Assembly: GCA_025453525.1 (NCBI GenBank)
Contig: JALOQD010000029.1
Span: 1 to 43,958 of the forward strand
Origin: Myxococcota bacterium
GTDB lineage: Bacteria; Myxococcota_A; Polyangia; JAAYKL01
Length of the DNA stretch: 43,958 bases
Direction: 5' to 3'
Of the stretch, positions 36,501-43,499 are shown piece after piece. The translations under genes were made by a program, and so were the position numbers. The notes beneath the pieces were generated by a model. The model was not told where the DNA came from. It made no database searches and was given only the letters and a program-made list of their open reading frames with translations. How positions within the stretch are numbered: position 1 is the first letter of the stretch; every line of letters begins with the position of its first letter.

Positions 36501-36962
36501 TTCGAGCACAAAAAAACCGCAATTCTCAAGGATCGTCCGCAAAGAAGTTCGGTCAAAGACTATGAAATGAAAGTTGCCGGCGTAGTCTTGGCCTCCATAG
36601 AGGCGCTCCACGATAGGGTCGACGATTGTTGAATCCTCTCGGCGCCAACCAACCGGTCGCTCGTAGTAGAGCTCGAGAAGACCTTCGAGGTTTGGTACGC
36701 GAATTTCGATGAAGCCGTTGGGAGAGAGTACGCGGCACCATTCCTTGAGGAGGCCGGAGACTTCGCGAAAGGGAAAGTGCTCCAGAATATCATGCGCCAA
36801 GATTTCCTGGACCATACCATCCATAAAAGGAAGAGAGCGCACGTCGCAGTATGCGTTGATGCCTGGGACGGGACGGGTGTCGAGATTGATGTACCCGGAA
36901 CGGGCATCGCCACCGCAGCCTAGGTTGAGCTTCAACTGCCGAGGTTTGCTAGGCGGCATCAT
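33522..36962 (-). CDS. giant multidomain glycan-synthesis protein: N-terminal SAM methyltransferase + two GT4-type glycosyltransferase domains + C-terminal TPR-like region
   Basis: The MTase motif is LKLNLGCGGDARSGYINLD...LSPNGFI. GT domain 1 is ...PTRGEGWGMPLCESMLMEIPVIATRWGGNLEF. GT domain 2 is ...GRLESRKNQL...PSWYELPGLVTLEAAWQGCNIVASDWG. The TPR-like tail is ...ILGTALLRKGELDESERYLRLA. The start is set at the ATGATG (36962/36959) rather than the track ATG at 37025, because the upstream small ORF stops exactly there and MTase domains normally begin a few residues before the GCG motif. Confidence 0.8.
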   Translation of the reverse strand: MMPPSKPRQLKLNLGCGGDARSGYINLDTRPVPGINAYCDVRSLPFMDGMVQEILAHDILEHFPFREVSGLLKEWCRVLSPNGFIEIRVPNLEGLLELYYERPVGWRREDSTIVDPIVERLYGGQDYAGNFHFIVFDRTSLRTILENCGFFVLEVTDDGVDKSNLLAKAVPSVSRDLFSVSDIDMDDQGIPSLDIRERFGDLRLTWEGPCLGFSGYASAAREYLAGLAEIGVRINAKPIWGDCKVMNADSASQQTGGVVARALFNGSIEDVCVFSPADEATVRSICEMSCLPFGGVHVLHHPPTAPDGRNFIEQFRRVNPGMSAYVSYTTFETDRIPDDWVEPLNTMDEIWVPSRFNAHAFACAGVDSSKIHVIPHGVDVSRYRPESTTPLPYAPNAEFRFLSVFEWTTRKGWDVLVRAYLEEFDQKEKTCLLIRSYLGGGVIGPNRIPIEEQLSSYISTLGYSSNEIPSIELIKEMIPTDDMPRLYKTGDVFVLPTRGEGWGMPLCESMLMEIPVIATRWGGNLEFMNDDNSYLIDVTRLDNVPDEQIRDNPSYAGHKWAEPSLAHTKKLMRHVFENRKEAAEKGRRGRRHIIDNFTRTHAALAIAKRLESISLASQLSPPRDTPLPKRQPRVLFQGRENAFVLPGGDTEVMIRLKKELEDVDLIVDFSCDCQTDLSFYDFIHIFNHFELYALNAAKQRKPYFITPMHEDTSRYSQKAIDVVNAFREFFTSHNRSRLESRLVSIGSHSACTVPVLADFTYQGAETIFVSGNAEASTIRSSYSTIAPIVNLPLGFTRPKDASAIGPDLFINTYGLRNFVLCVGRLESRKNQLMLLYALKEDDVPLVFVNSPSPQPEYEQMCASFVRKGKTLITGRLSEELLLSAYAAAKVHALPSWYELPGLVTLEAAWQGCNIVASDWGTIRDYLGESVEYCDPSDPSSIRKAVLNSLLRPKQTNLRDLVDSFSWHKEADSLKRNYSESLARLPSPEKAAHFERLAQQATAILDRQKTMGEAFAVVDKNPDRAIALVEPIYSPTDPMMQAILGTALLRKGELDESERYLRLATDLHPGINPRFCLFLCLLLQRRGLLEDLYHVSSRCLEAHPFLSPEVRSLLLEYHAKGRIAPTSRLPSLVMSQKSRHKKKGSNK

Positions 36963-37276
36963 CTCCAGTTGTCCTTCCGAGTTCGCGCCCTTCCGATGCA
37001 AGGCTCGATAGCCGGAGCGGTCCAAACGCGCTGTTGAACACTCATGACCTTAACACGCTTCTTCCTCGCGCCTTGAAAAGCAATTTTATTTACAGAAATC
37101 GGACCTGTGTTCCATTGCGCGATAATTTGCGAGACCAAGAAATAGCCGGGCACAATCGACAACAACCTAGCCCGAGGGGAGGCATCGAAGTTTCGAAACA
37201 GGAGTGCGTCCGGCTTTGCTGGCGTGGTGCAGTAGACCCGCTCGCCAAATTGGCGCAACGAAAAGGAACTTTTCAT
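36959..37276 (-). CDS. hypothetical 105-aa protein (operon-internal small ORF)
   Basis: The ATG is 1 nt after the stop of the upstream CgeB-like gene (TGAcATG). Its TGA overlaps the ATGATG start of the downstream giant gene. It fills what would otherwise be a ~315-nt gap in a tightly packed operon. I recognise no motif. Confidence 0.4.
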   Translation of the reverse strand: MKSSFSLRQFGERVYCTTPAKPDALLFRNFDASPRARLLSIVPGYFLVSQIIAQWNTGPISVNKIAFQGARKKRVKVMSVQQRVWTAPAIEPCIGRARTRKDNWR

Positions 37277-37277
37277 G

Positions 37278-38477
37278 TCAGATCATCCTTCTTGCCCGTC
37301 CTTTAAGCTCTTCGGCAATAGAGTCGAAGCGTTGCTGATAGGTGTGGAAGGAAGAGACTCGCTTGCGAGCAATGGCGACGACGTCGCGCGTTTCCTCCAA
37401 ATGTTCCTTCCAGTGCCCAACCTGCCATCGCAACTCCTCCACCCCCTCATAAACCACCGCCTCCTCGCCCACCTTGAACAACTCAAACATATCCGGCTGC
37501 GCGTCGCTGAGCACGAACCCTCCGGCCACGGGCACGTCGAACACTCTTTGATTGACCGCCGTGGGCATCTGGCAGCTCGTGGCATTAAGGACAATCGCTG
37601 ATGACGCATAGACCTTCGCCAGATCCTGTCCGTAGTTGACTGGGCCGTGGTGCTTGGCGTTCGGAACCAGGGTCTTCCAGCCGTCGTCTCCGTAGAGATG
37701 CAGGTCCGATCCTGCCAAGGCTCTTACGATTTGCAGGCGCTTTTTCGCTGTGGCGGTCCAGGTAGCGAGCTCCCAGATGTCCCAGACGTCGTCTCCTGGG
37801 GGCGGTTTTATGGGGCCGACGGTGTCGAGCAGGGTGTCGAATCTTGTCCCCTCGACCATCTTCTGCGCGAGCTCTTCAGCCAAGGCCTTGCCTTGCTTGC
37901 TCAGGTTCTTTTTCGCCTTGCGCTGGGCATGGGCCATGGAGTCGCCGACAAAGGTGATCGGCTTGTCTATCTTGGGCCGCTGCGCGAGCTCGAACTTGGC
38001 CGGGTCTGTGGCGAGCGGCAGGTAGTGGACGTGCTTGGCGCCTTTTTTTCGCATCACCGGTTCTAGGGTGCGCTCCCACAAAAACAGTCTAGTGACGTTG
38101 GGCGCTGGGAAGCTCGCCTGCTTGAGGATGAACAAGGGGCTGTCCACGTACCACACGGCCACGGGCATCTCGAGCTGCTCGAGCAGGTCTCCGATCTGGC
38201 CGCCATCGTCGAAGCCAAAGTGATTGACCGTGAAGATGAAGTCCGGCTTGTGCGTCACGAGCGCTGTGAGCAGGCTGCGGACCCAATCGCCCACGGGCTG
38301 GTCTTTATGGGTCTTGAGAGTAAAGACCTCGCAACCGAGCTTGGGCAAGGTCGAGATGGCCTCTTTTTGCAAGTGGTACTCGCTGTCGATGACGATAGCG
38401 CGATAGGGTTGTCTCTCGAATTTGGGGTACGACAGCGCTGCCTTGAGCCCAGTGTCCTTGATGCTGATGCTCGCCAT
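37278..38477 (-). CDS. CgeB-family glycosyltransferase (DUF3880-like N-domain + Glyco_trans_1_2-like C-domain)
   Basis: The N-domain has ...KPDFIFTVNHFGFD.... The C-domain runs VLNATSCQMPTAVNQRVFDVPVAGGFVLSDAQPDMFELFKVGEEAVVYEGVEEL...HTYQQRFDSI, which is the typical CgeB-like pattern. It starts 2 nt after the rfbD stop. Confidence 0.75.
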   Translation of the reverse strand: MASISIKDTGLKAALSYPKFERQPYRAIVIDSEYHLQKEAISTLPKLGCEVFTLKTHKDQPVGDWVRSLLTALVTHKPDFIFTVNHFGFDDGGQIGDLLEQLEMPVAVWYVDSPLFILKQASFPAPNVTRLFLWERTLEPVMRKKGAKHVHYLPLATDPAKFELAQRPKIDKPITFVGDSMAHAQRKAKKNLSKQGKALAEELAQKMVEGTRFDTLLDTVGPIKPPPGDDVWDIWELATWTATAKKRLQIVRALAGSDLHLYGDDGWKTLVPNAKHHGPVNYGQDLAKVYASSAIVLNATSCQMPTAVNQRVFDVPVAGGFVLSDAQPDMFELFKVGEEAVVYEGVEELRWQVGHWKEHLEETRDVVAIARKRVSSFHTYQQRFDSIAEELKGRARRMI

Positions 38478-38479
38478 GG

Positions 38480-39337
38480 CTAGCGAACCTCATGCAGGAA
38501 ATCTGCCAAGGTTTCTTCAAGGGGTCGCATGCGGCTCAAACCGAGGCGCTCGAGCTTGTCACACGACAGCCGGGAATCCAAAGGTCGGCGCAAACCCGCT
38601 GCGAGCTGCTCCGAAGATATGTCTTTCACCGCAACGTTCATCCCGGCCTGGGCAAACGTCAAACGGGCGAGCTCCGCCCACGAGATCCCCGGCGGATTCA
38701 CCGCGTGATACAGGCCCGCAGGCGCTTCGGTCTCGAGCAGTGTAGCGATTTGCCGGGCGAGATCGACCGTGTAGGTCGGGCAGCAGCGCTGATCGCAGAC
38801 CACGGAGACTTCACCTTTTTCCGCGCCGAGGCGCAGCATGGTGGTGACAAAGCTATGGCCGCTCTTAGCGCGGCATGGATTTCGCCCGAACAATCCCGTG
38901 GTGCGCACCACGAGAGTGTCTTCGTATTCGGCGCGGCACAGGTGCTCGCCCGCGAGCTTGGAGGCGCCGTAGACCATGAGCGGGGCAGGGCAGTCCTCCT
39001 CGGTGTAAGGTCGCCCGGCCGTTCCGTCGAATACATAATCGGTGCTGATGTGGACGAGCCGTGCTTTCACCTCGCGACACGCGCGACCGAGGTCTCGCAG
39101 AGCCGTCGCATTGAGGGCAAAGGCTTGGTCCGGCTCGCGCTCGCATTTGGGCACATCGTGAAACGCCGCGGTGTTGACGACGGCTGCGGGCTTGTGATGC
39201 GCGAGATAGGCTGCGAGCTTCGGCGAATCAGCAAGGTCGAGCTCGCCGTGGGTCGGGGCCAGGACCTCGTGACCGTCGAGGGCTGGGAGCAGGTCGCTCC
39301 CGAGCTGTCCCTTGGCGCCGATGACGAGGATTCTCAT
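38480..39337 (-). CDS. rfbD: dTDP-4-dehydrorhamnose reductase
   Basis: The sequence runs MRILVIGAKGQLGSDL...VVNTAAFHDV...LVHISTDYVFDG...YGASKLAGE, which is the RmlD pattern. 285 aa. Confidence 0.9.
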   Translation of the reverse strand: MRILVIGAKGQLGSDLLPALDGHEVLAPTHGELDLADSPKLAAYLAHHKPAAVVNTAAFHDVPKCEREPDQAFALNATALRDLGRACREVKARLVHISTDYVFDGTAGRPYTEEDCPAPLMVYGASKLAGEHLCRAEYEDTLVVRTTGLFGRNPCRAKSGHSFVTTMLRLGAEKGEVSVVCDQRCCPTYTVDLARQIATLLETEAPAGLYHAVNPPGISWAELARLTFAQAGMNVAVKDISSEQLAAGLRRPLDSRLSCDKLERLGLSRMRPLEETLADFLHEVR

Positions 39338-39429
39338 GCCGTGCTCCCGCGTGCCCTGGGTCTTACAAATTCACGTTCGAATAAAGACTACGCTAAATAG
39401 GCGAAGCGGCAACTCTCCATCGATTCGTC

Positions 39430-39503
39430 TTACCCCCTCACCACCACGACCTTCACCCCATCGCCCTCGACCTCCTCGATGCCGCCGCGCTCTTCCCAGT
39501 GGA
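39430..39503 (-). pseudogene. 74-bp relic identical (~95%) to the 3' end of the AAA+/PD-(D/E)XK gene at 41799-41872
   Basis: 70/74 nt match 41799-41872 in direct orientation. It translates as ...HWEERGGIEEVEGDGVKVVVVRG*, against ...PWEERGGIEEIEGDGVKVVVVRG* in the intact gene. An in-frame TAG lies 14 codons upstream of the W, and similarity is lost upstream of that W. Confidence 0.8.
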
Positions 39504-39596
39504 TCTCCAACTTGTCTATACCCCGGGACAGCGCGACCTAAAGAACGCGGCAATGATGTGGCGAGTCGCCACAAGCCCTTGCGGGCTGGCCTATTT

Positions 39597-40022
39597 TCAT
39601 TCTCGCAGCGATTGAGGTGTGAGCCACTCCTCTTGCACAGCGGGCACGATGCCCAAGGCCATCAGGCTGAGCAGCCTACGCCGATTTTCGCGGGCGAGGT
39701 GCTCCACGAAATCGATGACGGCCTTCTGCTTTTGAGCGGAGAACCTGGCCATCTCCATTTGGGAGCGCAGGCGCGATACGACGTTGCCCATGCCCCCGCA
39801 GGTGAGCCAAGACCGCAGGTCATCCACGGAGCTGCCCACCCGTCCGAATCGATCGCGCCCGAGGACATCCAAGGTCGTCTCGAACGCCCGCCGGAGAAAC
39901 TCTTGCCAGTTCTCATGCTCCAAGTTCTCGATGAGCGCCATGCCATGCACCTCGTGGCCAACGGACAGTCGCGCAACACCAAGTGTCGCCCGCCAGACCG
40001 ACCAGGTTTTCGAGGACGACAT
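39597..40022 (-). CDS. hypothetical protein (start uncertain; possibly ATG at 39941)
   Basis: This is the only frame in the interval with protein-like composition; the competing 195-aa frame is R/S/P-rich junk. GAGG lies 10 nt upstream of the internal ATG (MALIENLEHENWQEF...). Two small hairpins follow the stop (AGCCC-GCAA-GGGCT and GTGGCG-ACT-CGCCAC). No recognised domain. Confidence 0.4.
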   Translation of the reverse strand: MSSSKTWSVWRATLGVARLSVGHEVHGMALIENLEHENWQEFLRRAFETTLDVLGRDRFGRVGSSVDDLRSWLTCGGMGNVVSRLRSQMEMARFSAQKQKAVIDFVEHLARENRRRLLSLMALGIVPAVQEEWLTPQSLRE

Positions 40023-40067
40023 ACCACAGGTGTAGAGTTCTGAACGAAAAAAAGTCGTTCTGAGCGC

Positions 40068-40096
40068 TTTACATGCTCGATATGAGCGCTTATATA
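40068..40096 (+). promoter_or_regulatory. near-consensus sigma70-type promoter facing the 40317 gene
   Basis: TTTACA (40068-73), a 17-nt spacer, then TATATA (40091-96), in the most AT-rich part of the divergent intergenic region. It is bracketed by a 9-bp direct repeat TGAGCGCTT (40061-69 and 40083-91) and preceded by the inverted repeat GAACGA-N7-TCGTTC (40042-60). Confidence 0.4.
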
Positions 40097-40316
40097 GCCT
40101 GATATGCGCATGTTATCGACTGATTTCAGACAGGCACTGACAACCCTTGGCGAGCTGCTCGAGTCACGCGGCGTCTCTTGTGAGACCTGCAGCGGTTGCA
40201 GCCGAGCCTGCGGGAGCTCTTGGAGGCAGCGCGGTGGGCGCGAGGGCACGATCCGTCAGAAGGGTTCTTGACGATGTCGCGCCAGACGCTCGCACACTTT
40301 GGGGTGATCGAGGACG

Positions 40317-41480
40317 ATGTCGACCTTTAGCCACAACTTGGAGGAGCGACTCCTTGACCTCGCCTGGAGCCTGTGGACCGCGCTTGGCGTGCCCGGACAG
40401 CTCGACCACCACGGTGACTGCGCCGTCGATCCCGAGCCGCTCATCCTCTTTTCGGCCGGTCTCGGCGACGCGGACCCGCGGCTGCGCGACGAGGTCACGG
40501 ACTGGTGCATCTGCTATGGCCAGCTCATCTCGGGCACGCGACTCAAGAACCTCTTGCCCAAAGACAACGACGAGCTGAGAGCCCACTACGGCGAGCTCGC
40601 CGCGACGTTGGCTCAAGGCTCCTCATTGCGCTGGCCCGCGCCCACCACCGCGCGCCGGCATGTGCCGCGTGGCCGTTCGAATCTGCAAGCTTTCGTGCGC
40701 CCCTCGCAACTCGCGATGCGGCTTCGTGCCGTGCTCGGCGTCGGCGCGCGAGCCGATATCGTCCAGGTCTTCCTCTCACGCCCAGATGCCGCTTTCGGCG
40801 CGGCCGATCTCGCCGCTGAAACGGGTTTTATGAAGCGGTCAGTGGCCCAGACACTGGAGACGTTCAGGCTCGGGGGCTTGCTGCACGCGTTTCCGGTCCG
40901 CAATCAGCTTCACTTCCGCCTGCCACAGGGAGGAGCGGAGCAGCTCGCGCATCAGTTCGCGCCCATGCCGACTGCCTTCGTGAGATGGTCAGCGGTGCTC
41001 CCATTTCTGACCGCGGCACTCGAGCTCGCACGCAAAATGGAGTCCCGAAGTGACGCGGTCAGGTCCGTCGAGGCCCATGCGTTCGTGCTTGCCGAGGATG
41101 ACACACTTCGCGTTGCGTCTCTGCCAGCGCCACCGCGGGACCTCAAAGGCTCGCTGTTCTGGAACGACTTCGCAGCGTGGCTCATGACCGTCGTCGACAA
41201 CCTCTCTGCTGGTAACGAGCCCGCGACGGATCGGTTCAAGGTCAAGTGGGCGCGCCGACCCAACGCCAAGCCCGGCGAGGAAGACATGGAGCACGGCGAC
41301 TTCTGTGTTTGGGAGGACTCGAACGCCGCCGTTGACCACCACTGGGTGCTCGGTCTTTCTGATAGCACACAAGAGCTCGAGCCCGGTGTTCGGCACGCGA
41401 CCATCGCGGACGCCAAGCTCGCCGCGGAGCGTAGGCAGTTCGCCGTGGCGCTCGACCAGCAACGCCGTAATGGTGGGTAA
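40317..41480 (+). CDS. hypothetical 387-aa protein with a central winged-helix-like segment
   Basis: Long ORF with normal composition. The segment ARADIVQVFLSRPDAAFGAADLAAETGFMKRSVAQTLETFRLGGLLHAFPVRNQLHFRL reads like a wHTH. I recognise no catalytic motif. Confidence 0.6.
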   Translation: MSTFSHNLEERLLDLAWSLWTALGVPGQLDHHGDCAVDPEPLILFSAGLGDADPRLRDEVTDWCICYGQLISGTRLKNLLPKDNDELRAHYGELAATLAQGSSLRWPAPTTARRHVPRGRSNLQAFVRPSQLAMRLRAVLGVGARADIVQVFLSRPDAAFGAADLAAETGFMKRSVAQTLETFRLGGLLHAFPVRNQLHFRLPQGGAEQLAHQFAPMPTAFVRWSAVLPFLTAALELARKMESRSDAVRSVEAHAFVLAEDDTLRVASLPAPPRDLKGSLFWNDFAAWLMTVVDNLSAGNEPATDRFKVKWARRPNAKPGEEDMEHGDFCVWEDSNAAVDHHWVLGLSDSTQELEPGVRHATIADAKLAAERRQFAVALDQQRRNGG

Positions 41481-41539
41481 CGCAATGGGTGCCAGACATG
41501 AGACTTTCATTCCGTAGCTGACGAGCCCTCACCCCAGCC

Positions 41540-41555
41540 CTCTCCCGGGGGAGAG
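41540..41555. terminator. short GC hairpin between convergent units
   Basis: CTCTCC-CGGG-GGAGAG, 60 nt after the 40317 gene stop, followed by a moderately T-rich stretch on the plus strand. Weak. Confidence 0.25.
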
Positions 41556-41685
41556 ATGATTTCCTTGATTTGCGTTCTCCATCTTGAGAAGCGACGAGGG
41601 CAATTTGATTGAAGCGCTCCTCGATGGTTTGAGGGACAGCGAGTGGCTCACTGGAAGACGGGAAGCGTCGCGAGCTGAGCTTTCC

Positions 41686-41730
41686 TGTCACGATTTTTGA
41701 TATTGTGACAAAGATTATGTCACGATTTTT
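41686..41730. promoter_or_regulatory. array of three alternating 9-bp half-sites (operator/iteron-like)
   Basis: TGTCACGAT(41686-94), N7, ATTGTGACA(41702-10), N7, TGTCACGAT(41718-26). The two outer sites are extended to the identical TGTCACGATTTTT. Confidence 0.5.
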
Positions 41731-41798
41731 AGAACCGTGAGACCGCGATGGTCTTATCGCAGGTGGCTAAGCGGTCCCACGACGCGGCGCGGCAAGGG

Positions 41799-43349
41799 CT
41801 ACCCTCTCACCACCACGACCTTCACCCCATCGCCCTCGATCTCCTCGATGCCGCCGCGCTCTTCCCAGGGGACAGTCGACCTGGGGTCGAAAATGACGAG
41901 GTAGCCCACATCTCGTCCCAGGCGTTTGGCGTAGGAGACGGTCTGCTCGAGGCCCTCGGGCAAGGTGTGCTTGTCTCTCTGGAGCTTGATTTCTATGACG
42001 TCGTCGCGGCCGCCAAAGGTGACGACCAGGTCGGCCCGCAGGGTTCCCACGGCGAACTCCCGATGGATGTGGCCTCCCCCGTTGCAGACTCGTTGGAGCC
42101 AGGCCATGAGCACGAGGTGGGGGGCTGCCTCTTGGTAGGGCATGCCTCGCAACAGAACCTCGGCGTGACGCCTCCAGAAATCGAGGAACTTGCCGAGGAC
42201 TTTGAGCATGTCGAGGGCGCCGTCCTTGGCCACGTACCACTTGGGGTCCATGGCGATGGAGGTTTGCACCTGGTGGGTGAGGATCCTGGGGATGATCTCC
42301 TGGTAGATGGGGTTGGCGATGGCGCGCACGCCGTTTCGGATGGAGACGAGGCCGAGGTCGCGGACATAGGTCCAATCGTCGTCGTAGGTGGGGTCTGTGG
42401 CGAGCTCTCCGGTGAGGACCGGCTGGACCACCTTGCGTACGCGCTCTTCCTGAAGCCTCGCTACCAGGCTGTCGAGATGGGTGTCGCGCCTCTCGATGAG
42501 AATTTCACTCGCCTCTAGCACATGGTGTCGCTCGACGACGTGGGTGCGATCTCGGACCAGGGCGTCGTAGCTGGTGGTGAGCTGGGCCGCCAGGGCATTG
42601 GTGAGCCAGGGCTGACCTTGAGACTGCTCGAAAATTTCGGCGATGGCGTCATCGGCAAAGCGCTGGCCAGTCTGCGCGGTGTGCTGCTCGAGGAGCTCTC
42701 GCATTTCCTCCTGCGTAAAGCTCGCGAGGGTCAGCGAGCGGGTCTTGATGTTGAACGGGCTGGCTGTGCCCAGGGACTGGCTCTCGTCGCGGAGTTGAAT
42801 CTTGTAGTCGCGAACGTCCTTCATGCCCACGAGGGCAACGCTCTGGGGAAACGGCCCGGGGCGAGTGCAATAGCCATCGCGGAGCTGGCGCAGGATGGAC
42901 AGGAGGGTCTCTCCTGGCACGGAGTCGACCTCGTCGAACAGGACCACGAGCGGCCGGTCGATGGTGCGCGCCCAGTCGCTGAGCATGTCCTTGAGCCCGC
43001 CGAGGGGCCGGTCGTCGTACGCGGCGGGGTTGGGCGGAAGCAACTCCTTTGGGAGAAACACCGCGGCGTCTTGAGCGATACGGCGCAGTAGCTGCGGTAT
43101 GGAGCGATCCACGAAGGGGATGGTGAAGGTCTCGAGGGACACGGTGAGGGCCGCGTACGCACCTTCTGCGGTGAGCGAGCGAGACAGGTTGCGCAGGAAC
43201 GTGGTCTTTCCGCTCTGGCGCGGGGCATGAATGACGAAGAAGGCCTTGGCGGCGATCAGGTCTCGCACCTCGCCGAGGCGTTGCTCGGGCGGCAGCATGT
43301 AATGGTCTTCCGCGAGGCACGGTCCGGCGGTGTTGAAAAAACGAGGCAT
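41799..43349 (-). CDS. AAA+-type ATPase with C-terminal PD-(D/E)XK-like nuclease domain
   Basis: GGAGGTGAG RBS. The N-terminus is MPRFFNTAGPCLAEDHYMLPPEQRL, Walker A is HAPRQSGKTT and Walker B is LVVLFDEVD. The C-terminal part ...GHIHREFAVGTLRADLVVTFGGRDDVIEIKLQ carries the D...ExK restriction-endonuclease-fold motif. Confidence 0.8.
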   Translation of the reverse strand: MPRFFNTAGPCLAEDHYMLPPEQRLGEVRDLIAAKAFFVIHAPRQSGKTTFLRNLSRSLTAEGAYAALTVSLETFTIPFVDRSIPQLLRRIAQDAAVFLPKELLPPNPAAYDDRPLGGLKDMLSDWARTIDRPLVVLFDEVDSVPGETLLSILRQLRDGYCTRPGPFPQSVALVGMKDVRDYKIQLRDESQSLGTASPFNIKTRSLTLASFTQEEMRELLEQHTAQTGQRFADDAIAEIFEQSQGQPWLTNALAAQLTTSYDALVRDRTHVVERHHVLEASEILIERRDTHLDSLVARLQEERVRKVVQPVLTGELATDPTYDDDWTYVRDLGLVSIRNGVRAIANPIYQEIIPRILTHQVQTSIAMDPKWYVAKDGALDMLKVLGKFLDFWRRHAEVLLRGMPYQEAAPHLVLMAWLQRVCNGGGHIHREFAVGTLRADLVVTFGGRDDVIEIKLQRDKHTLPEGLEQTVSYAKRLGRDVGYLVIFDPRSTVPWEERGGIEEIEGDGVKVVVVRG

Positions 43350-43499
43350 GCGCTCTCACCTCCATAAATACGACGAATCAGTCACTTCTTTTACCATGAC
43401 CCTCGGATAGCGTCAGCAGAAGCCTCAAGGTTTTGGACTTTCGGGTCAATCTGGGACCGCGCAAGCTTGCGCCGTACGGTCGTCGCTACCCGAATATCT

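Noticed and set aside
39359-39388. GTTCGAAT (T-loop-like) string and GTCTT...AAGAC stem as a tRNA fragment or att site
   Set aside because: No acceptor or anticodon stems can be drawn around it. An 8-nt match alone is not evidence.
38492-39400. 302-aa plus-strand ORF
   Set aside because: It is antisense to rfbD, which has clear RmlD motifs.
39662-40249. 195-aa minus-strand ORF
   Set aside because: It has R/S/P/W-rich composition and spans the AT-rich promoter region. The overlapping 141-aa frame looks more protein-like.
41242-41691. 149-aa minus-strand ORF starting inside the half-site array
   Set aside because: It runs through the GC hairpin and 240 nt into the convergent 387-aa gene. At most, its first ~40 codons may be a remnant of a small gene equivalent to 43500..43727.
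41686-41730. Tn7/Mu-type transposon end (multiple TGT-initiated transposase binding sites)
   Set aside because: The sites alternate in orientation instead of being direct repeats within an end. No DDE transposase, TnsC/TniB-like gene or matching opposite end was found in the window.
39430-41872. Diversity-generating retroelement (TR/VR) interpretation of the 74-bp repeat at a gene 3' end
   Set aside because: The four mismatches are not confined to adenines of one copy (C/A, A/G, A/G, G/A in coding orientation). Most adenines are identical. No reverse transcriptase is present.
41748-43091. 256-aa and 189-aa plus-strand ORFs
   Set aside because: They are antisense to the AAA+/PD-(D/E)XK gene, which has Walker A/B motifs on the minus strand.
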